NCBI GenBank assembly: GCA_010015805.1
Contig: ML978133.1
Coordinates: 186,001-250,000, forward strand
DNA: 64,000 bases
Direction: 5' to 3'
Source: Rhizodiscina lignyota
Taxonomy: Eukaryota
The notes under the pieces: generated by a model
What the model saw: the letters and a program-made list of their open reading frames with translations, nothing else
Told to the model about the DNA's origin: nothing
Databases searched by the model: none
Part shown: positions 49,227 to 62,292 of the stretch, one piece after another
Layout of the letters: every line of letters starts with the position of its first letter
How positions within the stretch are numbered: position 1 is the stretch's first letter
Program-made: the position numbers and the translations under genes

Positions 49227-51400
49227 ATTGCCTTTTAACGCAGCGCCCCACTCTCCTTTGTCGAAAATGTTCATCACGCCTTTTCGTGCTCTCTTATCGA
49301 ATAGAGAGCTCGATAAGACCTTTTACGAAAAAAAATGGATTACATCCAACTGGACTCACACGACACACACATTACAATATCCAGGGCCGATGGTGTTCTT
49401 TTGTTTCACACTCGGCCCAGGTCTAACCCGAAAGTTGATTTTTGCAAAAAAGTAACGTAGCAGCTGGAACATCATTGGGCGGAGGGAAGATCATCCGGAA
49501 AGGACAAGCGAGCAAGTTGGTGGCTGTGGAGATGAGGTGGGAGGGGGAGATGGTGGTTGTGCGTTTTGAATGGTGGCGGTAGTGCGTCGTTCCGGAGTTG
49601 AAACAAAGTGGAATCTGAACCGTTTTAGGACGGCATCGGACGAGAGGGTGTTTTTGCATGCCGGATAAAGTGTCAAGTATGCATATACTCTAATTTGTAG
49701 TTTGGTTCCCTTTTTTTAGCTGCTGCCTCTTGCTTGCTTGCTGCCCTTTTCCTTTGTTGGGCTGTGGTGATGGTTTTGCTAGCGGTGAATAACTAGCTAG
49801 AAATGTCTCTGCTCCACTACTCGATTCGCCTGGATTGAGGCGAAAGTGTGAATAATCCAAAAAAGTTTTGTTAAAAGGCGTTTTGATGCAATTCGATATG
49901 AGCAGCAAATTGTGCAATCGTTTCATGGCTTATGGTGTTGGCTCTGCAGTACGATAGTGAGTGTTTCCCAAGGCGATAAGAAGCGAAATGTGAAACAGGC
50001 ACACGCTCTCTATTGCTGCCTCTACAATTGGGAGATCGCACATGATCACACACCAATGAGCAACGACTTGTGCGAGCATGGTCTGTTTCGCGCTCTCAAG
50101 GCGCGCGATAACGGAAAAGGATGGATGATTGAGGCGGGCAGCGCGTGCTCGTGTCTGTGACACTGCAAGTCCGCTCCCCTCGCAGGCGCAAGTCAGAAAC
50201 ATCATCTCGACTCGAAGAAACATTCCGCGCGTCGAGAATGGTATTTCCAGGGACGAAACGCACATCTTGCCAAGAAGGCGGAGGATCTATCTTTCTTTTC
50301 CTCGCATCTCTTACAATGGCTGAAGGGCGAGCACAGGCGCGGATTTCATGTTTGTGTTTCGACCGCTTCACCTTGTGACAAGCCAATTTCCCCCTGCCAC
50401 CGGCCTTTTCGACGCCATCGCCAACACGGCCTTTCCAGCGATGGCCCTTACGCGCCCGGGGTCGAGCATGGCCGGACGAGAAGGAAATACTAGATAGCAG
50501 GAAAGCAAAATGTCTAGATTATTGAAGAGGCGAGAAAGAGAGGTGTGGTAGAGCTTCGGAGCTCCGTTCTATTTGTGTCTCACTCCTCCCCTCCGGAACA
50601 ACATCAGTCCTTGATGGCATCTCCATAATCGCAAATCAACTTCCTCATAAACATCTTCCAGCACGGAAGTGCGTGCAGCCGTAAGTCAAGCCCAGCAGAC
50701 CAAGCTCCATGCTCCAGCCTCGGAGAATAGACAAGAGCGCTGGGCATAAGCGCCTCCGGAGGCAAGCCGGGAGCACTCACCTCCGCTTGCGCCGCTCCAA
50801 CGCGAACGGTTTCATACGACCTCGAGCACCGTCGCAGAAGCAGAACTCTGCGACGATGTTTCTTCCGTCCTGAAAACACCATCCCCGGCGCTTCTACGCT
50901 ACTCTCACCAATTGCGCTCGCCTTTGGGCCGCTCGGAGGGCCGTGAGGCCTTCCAGACCCTGCGCCAGCAGCGCGTGGCATTCGCCAGGCCCGAGCAAAG
51001 CTTGATGCGATATACCCAAAATTGTCAAGGAAACCAAAGGGGCTCGGCAGTAGCTTGTACCATATTCCGCTGGCCTTGCTCCCTTCCGTGCGGGTCTTTG
51101 CAACATTGGCATGGGGGAGTGTGACCCGGTCTCAGGTTTGCAAGTCGCCTTTGGTCCATTATAAGGCCTGCGTTCCCATCTTCTTCGTCTTGTTCTCTCA
51201 TCAAAGGTGTTTCTGGTGGCTTTTATTTGCTGGACATTACCCACACGACTTTTTTCTTTCTTTCCACCTTTCTTCGATTCTACACTCACTCTTTAACGTA
51301 TACTACTTGCCTCATCGTCCCTGGTTGGACTCGACTTCGCTTCTTGTACAGCAACCGTCATTCATTGCCTCCGGTAATACCTTCGAATCAATAATTCAAG

Positions 51401-52529
51401 ATGCCGAGCATCACTCAGTTGGTCACCCTCGGCCTGGGCCTCATTTCGGTCGCATCAGCACTCCCAAATCCTCCAAAGCAGGAGAGGCATTGGCGCTTCG
51501 AGGCACGACAGGCAACATCGTCATCTGCACCTGCTTCCGCAACTGCCAGTGCGATGCCTGCAGCTTCTTCAGCCGCAGCACCAGCTCTTACTGATGGCGA
51601 TATCCTACAATTGTGAGTGTGCCTGTGCAGAAATCGCTGGGATCGGAACACTAATGCTCGTATACAGCGCCCTGACACTTGAGCACCTGGAGTCAACATT
51701 CTACGCCCAGGCCTTCCAAAAGTTCCCGGACAGTGACTTCATGTCACTCGGCCTGAGCCAGTCTCAAGTCGATTCGCTCAAGTCAACGGGCATGACCGAG
51801 TCCACGCACGTGACAACCCTCACTGCTGCCATCACACAGGCTGGTGGCATGCCGGTGCAGCAATGCCAATACGACTTTGGTTTCACAGACGCAAAGACCA
51901 TGCTTGCGACCGCACGTGTCCTTGAGGCTGCTGGTATTGGAGCGTAAGTGTCATGTACCACCGTCCACAGATTCGCAAGGCTAATAGTCTCAAAGCTACC
52001 TTGGCGCTGCGCCCCTCGTCAACTCATCCGCTGTCCTCAGTGTCGCCGCCTCCATCGTCACTGTCGAAGCCCGCCATCAGTCCAACATCCGTGCGCTCTC
52101 CGGCGCCGAGCCCGTCCCAGCTGCCTTCGACACTGCGCTCGGCCCAGCTGCCGTCTTCACCCTGGCCGCACCGTTCATCACATCTTGCCCTTCGGGCAGC
52201 AACCTGGCCATCCAGGCATTCCCGCAGATCAAGCTGACGACGGCGGCCGTGTCGTCCAACCAGATGCTGGTGCTCCAGAACCCGGCGCAGCCCACGGGCG
52301 CCATGTTCTGCGCGTTCGTCAACCAGGCAACACCGCAATTCACGCCGCTGACGAACGGAGCGTGCACCGTGCCAGGCAACCTTGCGGGTGATACGTTCAT
52401 GATGGTGACGTCGTCCATGAGCATTGCTGATACTGCGGTTCTTGCTGGGTATGATTCCTAGAGTGCCACTGTATGACCTGCTGAAAGCTAACGATGATAA
52501 ACAGTCCTTCCGTGCTCGAGATCTCATAG
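51401..52529 (+). CDS. Secreted ferritin-like domain protein (Rds1-like)
   Basis: Signal peptide, then LTDGDILQ|FALTLEHLESTFY, ESTHVTTL, LEAAGIGA|YLGAA, IVTVEARHQSNIR and FITSCP. Three introns; TATA-like element at ~51160. Confidence 0.85.
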
Positions 52530-53411
52530 TCGCCGCAATCACTTAGCAATCTATCATTCACTACTCTCACTAAGACATGACGTCCGCCTTCTCGTCAGCG
52601 GGGGAAGCGATTGTTGTATTGGTCAATAACATCGACGTCACGGGGGAACGGGTGCACTGGATCGTGAAGGACTTGGGTGTGTGTGTCTCTGTAAATGCGC
52701 GTGTGTCAAAGTAGACTGGTTGTTGCTACGGTGTTTCTTGCATTATTTTTCCTCTTTGTTCATCATCATCACAAGCGTACTCGCTGAGATATTACCACTT
52801 AATTAGCAAAAGTGGTAGGTACTAACCATCTGTACCCTTAATTCTTTTTCTTCTTCCAAAACCTGGGTCCACGAACAAAAAAAAAATTCCAAACCAAAAT
52901 AAAAAAATTCCTGAAAAGGCCCCTGGTTCGACCCAAACCCCTTTCGGCTCCTTCTGCCCTTTTCTGGAACACACTTCAAACTTGAAGGGGAATGGCACGT
53001 GCGACAGCCCTGAACTGAAATTCTGAAACTTGTGTGAGACTTGCAGGGAAGAAATTCCCCGGTCGTCAATGCCCTTTGCAAACCTCCGTAATAGAAAGAC
53101 GGATATGCTTGAATCGGAGAGATGGTCCTCCATGTTGCACCGCGCTTGGCATCAATGCTGTAAATCATCTCATTCTTTGAATCTTCTTACGCGTATTGGG
53201 CGAACGGGATTTGGAGAAGGCCACGGGACTCGCACTATTCGCTTGGAGATGAGTATGAAAAGTGCCGGTTCCTTTTCCTCAACATTACCAGAGAGAGAGA
53301 GAGATCGCTCGTCTTCGCTCATTTGCTGACAGGTTCAATGAGAACTGGTGGAAACCCAAGCTTTGTCTATCTTTGTCCATGCTTTCAAGATGCGTGCAGG
53401 TTGCTCTATGA

Positions 53412-56400
53412 CTAATTTCTATACTCCTCAATGACACTTCTGGGCTCTACATAATCTCCAAGAGGGACGTAGTCAACATCGTGACCAAATGCTCGCGGTC
53501 CTCCGATTTCTAGCCCAGCCTTTGTTTCCACCCAGCGTGGACTACAGGTGATTCCGATGACTATAACCAGTAGTCCGTACTTGAACTCTGGCACCCCTAT
53601 CCCCTTCCCAGTGGCCGCATCAATGACCTCGATCAAGTCGGGAACCATCGCAATGTTCCGCACCGTCCCATCTTCAGCTTCGTGGATCGCGAGGATGTTT
53701 TCGTTCTTGAAGGGAATCTTCAGGACGCCGCCTGTGGCTACTGATGGCATCTGATTCTTTGGCGCTTCCGGATCATCTGCAGGTGCACTCGCGATATGAA
53801 CCTCGCCGTAGGAATGGCCCTTGAAAAGGCGTCTCTCGACGGCAGTGATTTTCCCACGGAAGAGGATCTTTGCACTCTTATCTCCGCCTGCTTCCGCGAC
53901 GATCTGTTCGGCGACCGTAGCGATAGTATTGGTAGCTCTGGCGAGCGCAAGACATCTGCCCACCCTCCATGCCAAACTGCAGGTGTTCAACACCCCAAAC
54001 TTCCTCACTTTCTCCGTTGTCGTAGGTTTTGCGGCCATGCCGACTCGACTTCCCATCTCCGCGCAGGAGGCTCTTAAGGCTCTGTCCACGATCTCGTCAT
54101 TTGATGTACGGACCATCAAGATGCTCTTCCCATCTCCGCTGTCAATGGAACATGGAACGAGCTCGTTGGGACAGTGAACGGCGAGAGTGGTCTGCCAGTA
54201 CGTCGGATAGGCCCTACCCATCCAATCCCCATCAATTACAGGGCGGTCAAAAAACTTGGTGGACCCCACGAGAAGCGGTTCCAGTCCGTTTGCGCCTCCA
54301 ATTTCCAGACCCATTACGGCGTCGAAAGACTTGTGGTTGAGATACTCCATTAGCACTTCAAACGCGTATATTGTTTCAAGAGCGTTGAGACGTTCAACGG
54401 AAGTGGCAGGCGAGCCCATGTGCCCGCCCCAGTAGACGATATCGTCGTCTTTTAGGGAAGATTGGTCGATAATGCGCATCTTGTAGCCCGCTCGGAGTTG
54501 GTCCCGCAACTGGATACGAGTGGCAGCTGGACTACCTCCGCCAGCGCAGCCCAAGATGTAACAGCCGTCTGCAAGATAGTCAAGGTCGGTTTCGCTAATG
54601 TGCCATTCTGGAACACCATCTGAGTTTGTTATTATTGAAGGTTTGTAAGTCCGAGGATCAACGGCCTTGGTCTCCGGGATGTCGATAAAGTCGCTCTTGA
54701 CGTCTTCGGGAGCGACATCCTCATCATAATCACCGTTCATGTCCAGTTCAGAGAGCTTCTTGGTGAAGTCAAGCTCCCCGACGGCTTTGACGATCGTGCG
54801 GACTTGGTTTGCAACATATTGCAGTGGAATTGATTCGACCTCCGCAATAGTGATCGTGTCTGGTACCGCACCAGCACTGATGGCGCGCTTAATGGCCAGT
54901 TCTTTAGCATATTGAGTGGCTTGGGCGACGGTCTGATGTACAGTGTTCTGCACAATGTCGACAGTGCCACCAACTCGACTAACAGCTGCACCAATGGCAT
55001 TTGCCACATCGTGAAACTGTGGAGTGATGACTTTTGAAGCACCTGCTAGGGTAGCTGGGGCGAGAATAGAACCTCCCCCAACCAGTATTACCGGTAGTGG
55101 ATCAGGCGCCGTCTTGATGACATCGATGGCGCCTTCTAAAAGAGTTTTGATACATGCTTGCGCTTTGTCGACGATTTCGGATTGAATGGTTTGAACTTTC
55201 GAGCTGTCACCAATTTCGGAGCTTCCAGCTGCTACACTGATATCAGTCGCTGTCATCTTCTGCCCGCCGAAGACCATGGCTTCTGTGCTGAGATAATGGC
55301 CAACAGAATCCGGGCCGACCGTGATCTTGCCATCGTGATCTCGCACAAGGGAGCCTCCGCCGAGCCCAATAGAATGCAGATGCGGCATTGAATAGTTGAC
55401 ACGTACACCTGCGACAGTAGCGAAATACGATGCGGCTCGCGGTAAGCCGGACGGCAAGAGAACACCAACATCGGAGGTCGTACCGCCGATATCAATGACA
55501 ATGGAGGACGATCCTTCACTATTGATTCCAGATAGATATGCTGCGCCTCGCATGGAATTTGTCGCACCTGAGGAGAATGTCTTTATCGGAACTTTCGCGG
55601 CTGACGCAGAATCAAGGAGGGTGCCATCGTTCTGGGTAATGAACAACGGGCAGGTGAGTTTGAGCTTCTGCAATGCTACCTTGAAGCTTTTCACCGTCCG
55701 TCTGGCGTACTTTAGAATTGCTGCGTTCAAGATGCTAGCGTTCTCTCTTTCCATGAACCCTATGTTCGCGACCTCGTGCGAGCAGACAACATCAACTCCA
55801 GGCAGCTCACGGAGCACAATTTCTCGTACTTTGTTCTCCTGTTGAAAGACTTCGTCGATTGGCGAATACACACCAGCCACGACAATTGCAGTGAGACCTT
55901 TCTCCTTGATGATTCGGCATTGTTCGACGACCTGGCTCTCCACTAATGGCGCCTCCTGCGAGCCATCAATGTGAAGGCCACCGTCCACATAGCCGCAGTA
56001 GCCAGAGATGATACGTGTAAGAGCCGGAGGGAATTCTGAGAATGGCGGAATCTCCCTGAGGAACGATTTGGAAAGCCGTATGATCGCAACTCTGGTGAGG
56101 CGGCGTGCATCCCTTTCTAAGACGGAATTGATGAAATGAGTTGTTCCAATTGTGACGCTGGCGATTTGATCTGAAGAAAGGCCGGATGTACTAATCACTG
56201 TCTGAACAGCCGTTTCAATACCGGAGGTAACGTCGGGCGTGGTTGGCGTCTTAAAGTGAGCAATCACTCCTCGATCCTTCTCTGCTTGCTTTGAAACATC
56301 GAGGGCAACAGCATCCGTGTTGGTTCCTGCAGGAATTTGTCAGATCTAGATCGATGAACGGGCAACCTTCTGGACTTCGCCTGACCTCCAACATCAACGC

Positions 56401-56495
56401 CTAGCTCGTGTTAGGCACGCAATCTTCTAAGCATAGATTTTATATATATACGAACCGATGCGTATGGCACTAACAGCGCCATTGAGATCTGCCAT
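53412..56495 (-). CDS. Hydantoinase/5-oxoprolinase-family protein fused to DUF917
   Basis: IRIG|VDVG|GTNTDAV assembled through a 15-nt micro-exon (56400-56386). Also IGTTHFINS, QNDGT, SSGATNSMRGA, DIGGTTSDVG and GLGGGS. DUF917 part: GCYILGCAGGG, EIGGANG, DGDWMGRAYP, FKNEN and VPDLI. Confidence 0.92.
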
Positions 56496-56652
56496 TCCTG
56501 TCACAACTTGAGCGTCAAGAACGAACAATCAAGCACTCACAGCTTGTGCAATGTCACGATATGTTCGAGAGGTCGGCTCTCACTCCCCTCAACAACAATT
56601 ACTCACTAGTCAGTTACGCAGATTCGCATAGTCATGCCGAATTCGCAATCGC

Positions 56653-57022
56653 GATAAGCGGCCAATCTCCTCACACTCCCCACACCCCTGATGCCGCTCC
56701 TGCAGGCGTGAGGTGTTGAAACGCGGAGAAATTATTCACCGATGAAGCTTGAGCAAATCGGCGTTCCAGCCGTCAGCTCCGCCTGATTTCCTGCGCTGAC
56801 TTCAAGTTGCCGATGTGCATCTCTGTTTCCCATTCGAGTTTAAGATCCCTCCTCTCAAGTACCACGGGTATTCGACTGCACTCATCCGAATAATGCAGCT
56901 CCGGGCGCCCTTATCGCGAGGACAGATCACATATCGTGCGCCTGGGAGATATCGCGCAAAGAGCTCTGAACCATGGAGCTGCATTTGGGAAATGCACAGA
57001 GCTTGTCCAGCCGAACTGATAG
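56653..57022. promoter_or_regulatory. GATA (AreA/Nit-2-type) sites in the bidirectional hydantoinase/NCS1 promoter
   Basis: GATAAG at 56653, CTTATC at 56910 and TGATAG at 57017, within the 639-bp divergent spacer. Confidence 0.35.
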
Positions 57023-57134
57023 GCACGTCGTGATACTAAAGTCGATGTAAGTAGATATGTACTGCTGATCCCTGGAATATATTCTCTCCTCCCTTTCAAC
57101 CTTTGTCGGCATCACCTCTGTTCTTTGCGACAAG

Positions 57135-58981
57135 ATGTCGTTCGCGCGCGCAGTGCAATTCTTACGAGTCCCAACCGAATCGAAATCTGTGTCAAATATA
57201 TGGATAAACGATGATATCAAGCCATTGCCACCGACGAGAAGAACCTGGAATCGGCTCGCGTTCATTTCCTTTTGGGCGATCAATCAGATCTGTCTGTCAA
57301 ATTGGCAGCTTGGCGGATCTCTTGTAGCCTTTGGACTTTCAGTATGGCAATCCATTATCGCAATCATTATCGGCAAGATTATCACGGCACTCGTTGCGGT
57401 GTACAATGGCTACGTTGGCGCGGAATGGCACATTGGATTCCCTGTCTATTCGCGCCTCATTTGGGGTGTATACGGACAGTATCTTGCTCTAGTACAGCGT
57501 ATCGTGCTGTCGCTCGTATGGTTTGCTGTACAATCATGGACAGGCGGTTTATGTGTGGAAGCAATCCTCTCCAGCATATTCTCTTCGTACCAGCATATGC
57601 CAAATCACTTCCCGGCATCAGCGCACATGGATACGAGGCAATTTATCGGCTGGGTCATCTTCAATGTTCTCATGATCCCAATATTATATGTACCTCCGGA
57701 GCGCATTAAGTGGATCGTTCTCTGGATGAACGTCGTATCGGCCATTACCCTCATCTGTATGATGATCTGGGCACTCTCCGCCGCTCACGGTGCAGGACCT
57801 TTACTTTCAGCTCCAGCAACAGTTCAATCTGGCAGTGAACTAGGCTGGAGCATTGTGCTGGGTATCACAACTGTCATTGGCAGCATTGCTGTGGGCCTTA
57901 CGAATCAGATGGATTACAGTAGATTCGCGCGAAGAACAGGCGATCAGGTAACGACACGTAGTGCGAACCGTCCGAGAGGGCCTTTGCTAATTTGGTGAAT
58001 AGGTCTTTGGCCAGTGGTTCTCCATTATATTCTTTGGGACAATAATGCCGCTGTTTGGTTGTTTAGTCTCGTCAGCTACCCAGCAGATCTATGGAGAGGC
58101 CATCTGGAACCCGCCGATCCTGGTACAGAAGTGGATGGACACCGACTACAATGCAAAGACGAGAGCGGCAGGGTTTTTTGCTGGCTGTGGACTTGTTGGT
58201 AAGACTTCTCGCTTCTGGAGTTCTTGTCAAAAGTGTCGAACATCACTGCTAAAATTGCACAGTATGCCAACTCGCAATCAATGCGATTGATAACGCGTTC
58301 TCGACAGGATTTGACATGGCCGGTTAGTTTCCAATTCTTGCTTCTGATATTTTGTTCAACTAAGTATCGACAGGGCTATTTCCAAACTTCATAAACATCC
58401 GCCGCGGTGCATATATCGGCCTCATTCTAAGCATTGCTTTATGCCCCTGGGAACTTCTTTCATCTGCGGCCACCTTTATTTCCGTTCTATCGGCTTACTC
58501 AGTCTTTCTTGGGCCCATGGTGGGAATTCAAATTGCGGAATACTGGATTATTCGTCGACGCCGAATCAAGCTTTCTGACCTATACCATAATCGACGCAGT
58601 GGCATCTACTACTATTTCTACGGCATCAACTGGAGGTCATTTGTGTCTTGGGTCGTGGGCTGGGCAAGCCAGATTCCAGGGTTTGCACATGCCGTGAACA
58701 AGAACATCGTCGTCCCGGCAGGCTGTAATGAGCTGTATTACTTGGCATACCCGCTTGGATTTGCCATCTCGTTTGTCGTCCACCTGGCTTTGAACAAATT
58801 CTTTCCTCCACCAGGGCGAGACCTCATCGATCCGATCGATTACTACAACACATTTTCCCCGGAGGAGGCAGCGCACTTTGGAGTCGAGCCGTACGACGGT
58901 AGGATTGAGGGACAGGTGATTATTGATGAAGATCAGGATGTGATCCACGATGAAATCAAAGCAATGGACCAGAAGCTATGA
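57135..58981 (+). CDS. NCS1 (Fur/Dal4-like) nucleobase/allantoin permease
   Basis: WINDDIKP..RRTW, WHIGFPVYSRLIWG, NQMDYSRFAR, IWNPP, FINIRRGAYI, CPWELL and YFYGINWRSF. Many TM helices; three introns. Confidence 0.92.
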
Positions 58982-59394
58982 TTTGCGGGAAAGAATATGA
59001 AACTTTGGTGGGGAAATGGTATGCTACCTAGTGAAATCCACGAGATGATTTAGCTCGGGATGGCGCGTCTCTATGCAACAGGCACGTTACCTTCCGACAT
59101 AGATCCGCAGCGGTACACTATTGGGTCTGTGAGCACAGAAACGCAGTTGATCAGTTCCGTGTTGCGCGTTTGTGTCCGCACCCTTGCATCTCACGTGGTT
59201 CCCACTTCTCATTTCCGTTAACACGTCGCCCCGTTTGATGGCCGCGTTTGTGAATACTCACGGCTTCAGGGAAACTTTTCTTGCCAACACACGTAGTTTG
59301 CGTGCTGTTTAATACCCATCAAAATCCCTTTCTTTTCGTTCTCGCCTGTCTATCTTCCTAGACATCATTGCCTTATGATTCGTCTTCCTCAACA

Positions 59395-61443
59395 ATGGAT
59401 TTAGACCAGAAGCTTAAGTCGTTAAGCTTGTCGCAGGATGAGCATGTCACAGTTCGGCGTCTCCAGTGTGCTAACGTCGTTACGGATGAAGATGGCTTAG
59501 TCCGTAATTGCAGGAATAGCTCAACAAAGACTTGCAGCAGCTGCTACTTAGTGCAGGTAAAACATGACCAAGCTTTTGGACCATGTAGCAGTGCTCTTAC
59601 TAACAATCCTCCAATAGTATTGCGGCGAAGATTGCCAGAAAGCGCACTGGAAAGCGCATAAGCCCGATTGCAAGTCGGAAGTCTCAAAGGAGTCATGGGT
59701 GCCAGGTTGGCAACAAGAGAACCGGACTCCGGATTTCATCGAAGCAAACGATGACGGTCCACCGACTTCTTATACCTTCGTGGGGAGCTTTCAAAAGCAT
59801 CTGTGGGGAAACGTGCCGGCCATTGACGTTCTAAAGCTTGAAACGAACGAAGGTCTGAAGCATCAGAAGGACTTGCATCTGATGTTCGCTGGTGTGTTCA
59901 CAAACCATGGATATACAGCACTGCTGTGCCGCTTACCGAGTCATAACTAACAACTAAGCTAGCATCGGGAGATCTTCGCAATGTTCTTGAGACCGTGATA
60001 GGTATCCCCGATACGTACAGAAGCACATGTCACATTCTCGTCAACGACCGCGACCAGGACATTGCGATCCGGAATACGGTACTCCTCCTCATGGGAATAT
60101 CCTCGGACGTTTCCCTGGACCAGACAGTTGAGGCTATGATACATATTTGGTACTCCACCTTCCTGACTGACACGAACGTCAATAAAGTCCTCTTGCCTGC
60201 GCTCTCCCTGATTCAAGACGTCTACCTGAAGGTCAAGGATAAGACTACAAGTACTCTGTATTCGAAAAGTTGGACCTTCGGAGGTACAACGCTGCGCGTC
60301 GCACTCGAGAAGGATGACTGGGAAGATATGTACAAGCTTTCACTTCCCTCCGGCTTGTCGGCCAGTCAAGCACAGGAAGTCAGGCGCTCTGTGACACTCG
60401 CACGGAAAGATCACCTGGATCGCCATCTTTTCTCACAGTCATGCGGCTACCGCGTGCCAATCACAAGATTCCGAGAGGATGGAATGCTGCTTCCTTTCTC
60501 CACTTCAAGATCTTCTTTCACAAAGCCAAATCCGTAAGACCCTATGAATTGCAATGAGGGTGGATGTCAGTGGAGCTAACAGTATCAGGACTTTCTTTCG
60601 CTACCCAAACAAGTGGCCAATGATGGACTCTGCTGATCCTGAGAGTTCTTGGCCACTCCGCGCAATCTGGAACTTGCAAATCGGTCAACCAAGAAATGAC
60701 TTCTACGGGAAGCTGTTCTTCTACCTTCAAGAGCGACTACGGAGATTCGTGCAGAAACTGCGCAAGAGCAGCTTCAAAATCGTCATCCTCCGACAAGACG
60801 CAGCTCAGCTACCGGATTCTGCAAAAGATCTCGCATTTGGCAAGGACGGCATTGATAGAATCGAGACATCTAACATTGCTGACCTGCACTATATGGGAAC
60901 GGTCGACGTAGTCCGACTGTTCAGTCCTCTGCTGAAGAGTCCGAAAGACAATCCTCACTCCACGCTTATCACGCACTACTTGAATGCGGCCAAAAATGCT
61001 CACATGTGGTTGACGGACGCTGGACCTAATCCTGAATACGAGAAAGAACTCACAGAGGCCCTCACGAAGGTGAGTCGGTATCGCGGATTTTTTTGGCCGA
61101 CAAGCAACATGGACGCTCGGATTCTCAGGTCACTCTACGAGAGGGACCTCTTCATCAACTGGGACAAATACTTCAATCAGTGAGCACATACTACACTCCC
61201 TTAATATTTGTGCAAGTGCTTATTGTTAAACTTCCCAGCTACATGAAATACCTTAAATTCGACCAGATTTGTAACCGATTCAACGTTAAAATCAGAGAAC
61301 GAAACACCATCGTCGAGAAATCGCCGTTCAGATTGAAGAAGAATCCTGACGAAAACGGCGCTCAAGAAGAGTTTCTGGTGTCAAGCGCGTCGAATCATGG
61401 TGCCCATGAGCGGTACCTGGAATGGGTTCGAAACTCCGCATAG
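59395..61443 (+). CDS. MYND zinc finger + DUF4470 protein
   Basis: CSSCYLVQ|YCGEDCQKAHWKAHKPDC (MYND). LWGNVPAIDVL..LMFA|ASGDLRNV..NDRDQDIAIRN..IHIWYS..FREDGMLLPF..WPMMDSADP..DRIETSNIAD. Four introns. Confidence 0.85.
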
Positions 61444-61589
61444 ATGTGGTTTTACGGGTGGTTCAGATCGAGATAGCACGCCCCACGTCTTCACAAGCCA
61501 GCGCATTGCGAGATGTCATCTGTAGCAGCTCTACTAGATAACGGGCGATTGTGTCTTCGTCGCTACGACCGCTACCCCAACTTCAAGCT

Positions 61590-61772
61590 TCATGCATGTG
61601 CAAGAGTAATTCCAACGAATGCACCCTCATCCTCGTAAAACTTCTTCTTACTGCCGCCCGTCAGCTCAAATCTGTAAACAGCGCCGCCCAAGTCCGTGGT
61701 GTAGAAATGATGATTCTTTAAATCTAAGTTAATCCCGATTGCCTCATGCAGATTGCGTCCCGGGTCCAGCAT
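61590..61772 (-). pseudogene. Isolated C-terminal fragment of a YWTD/TolB-like beta-propeller protein
   Basis: RNLHEAIGINLDLKNHHFYTTDLGGAVYRFELTGGSKKKFYEDEGAFVGITL resembles the last blade of fungal propeller proteins. In-frame stops lie just upstream, and only ~500 bp remain before the next gene. Confidence 0.55.
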
Positions 61773-62292
61773 CGGATAGAGTACGGGGTTGGCACGCTAG
61801 TGGTTTTAATACAGCCAACCTTGCACCTTGTACTTAACAACATACAATACACTCTCCGCAAGAAACAGACTCCCCCGGATCTCCGCCGCGGTCGGGGCAT
61901 GCGGATAAGTGGGTCATCGCCCCTGCACTAGAGAGCCAGGGGGACTGTGGACAGAAATTTTGACCTTCTCTAACCTCACGTCCGGCCGCAGCACGACTTT
62001 CTGACTTAGCTGTTCTGAATCTCAGCGGCCGCTCATACATTATGTATGTCTGTATCGAGAGTAAGTTGACCGCAAGGGCTGAAATTTACTTTAGCCACCC
62101 CTGTTGGCCACGTGAATGAGCGGGGGTACAGCAGGAATCTCATTTACCCTACCCGACAGTTCTCTGTTGTTGCGCTCTCTGTCAGCAGCCATGATCGAAA
62201 CCAAAATTCGGCTGCTGATTTCTGTGCTCAATCGCGCCAATTTGATTCTGCTGTCTACATCAAGATGCTAAATCAGTCTTGAGCCTGACAAC

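Noticed and set aside
52840..53100. Homopolymer-rich stretch (also ~49430-49870)
   Set aside because: Looks like low-complexity UTR/terminator or low-quality consensus; no repeat or RNA structure could be supported.
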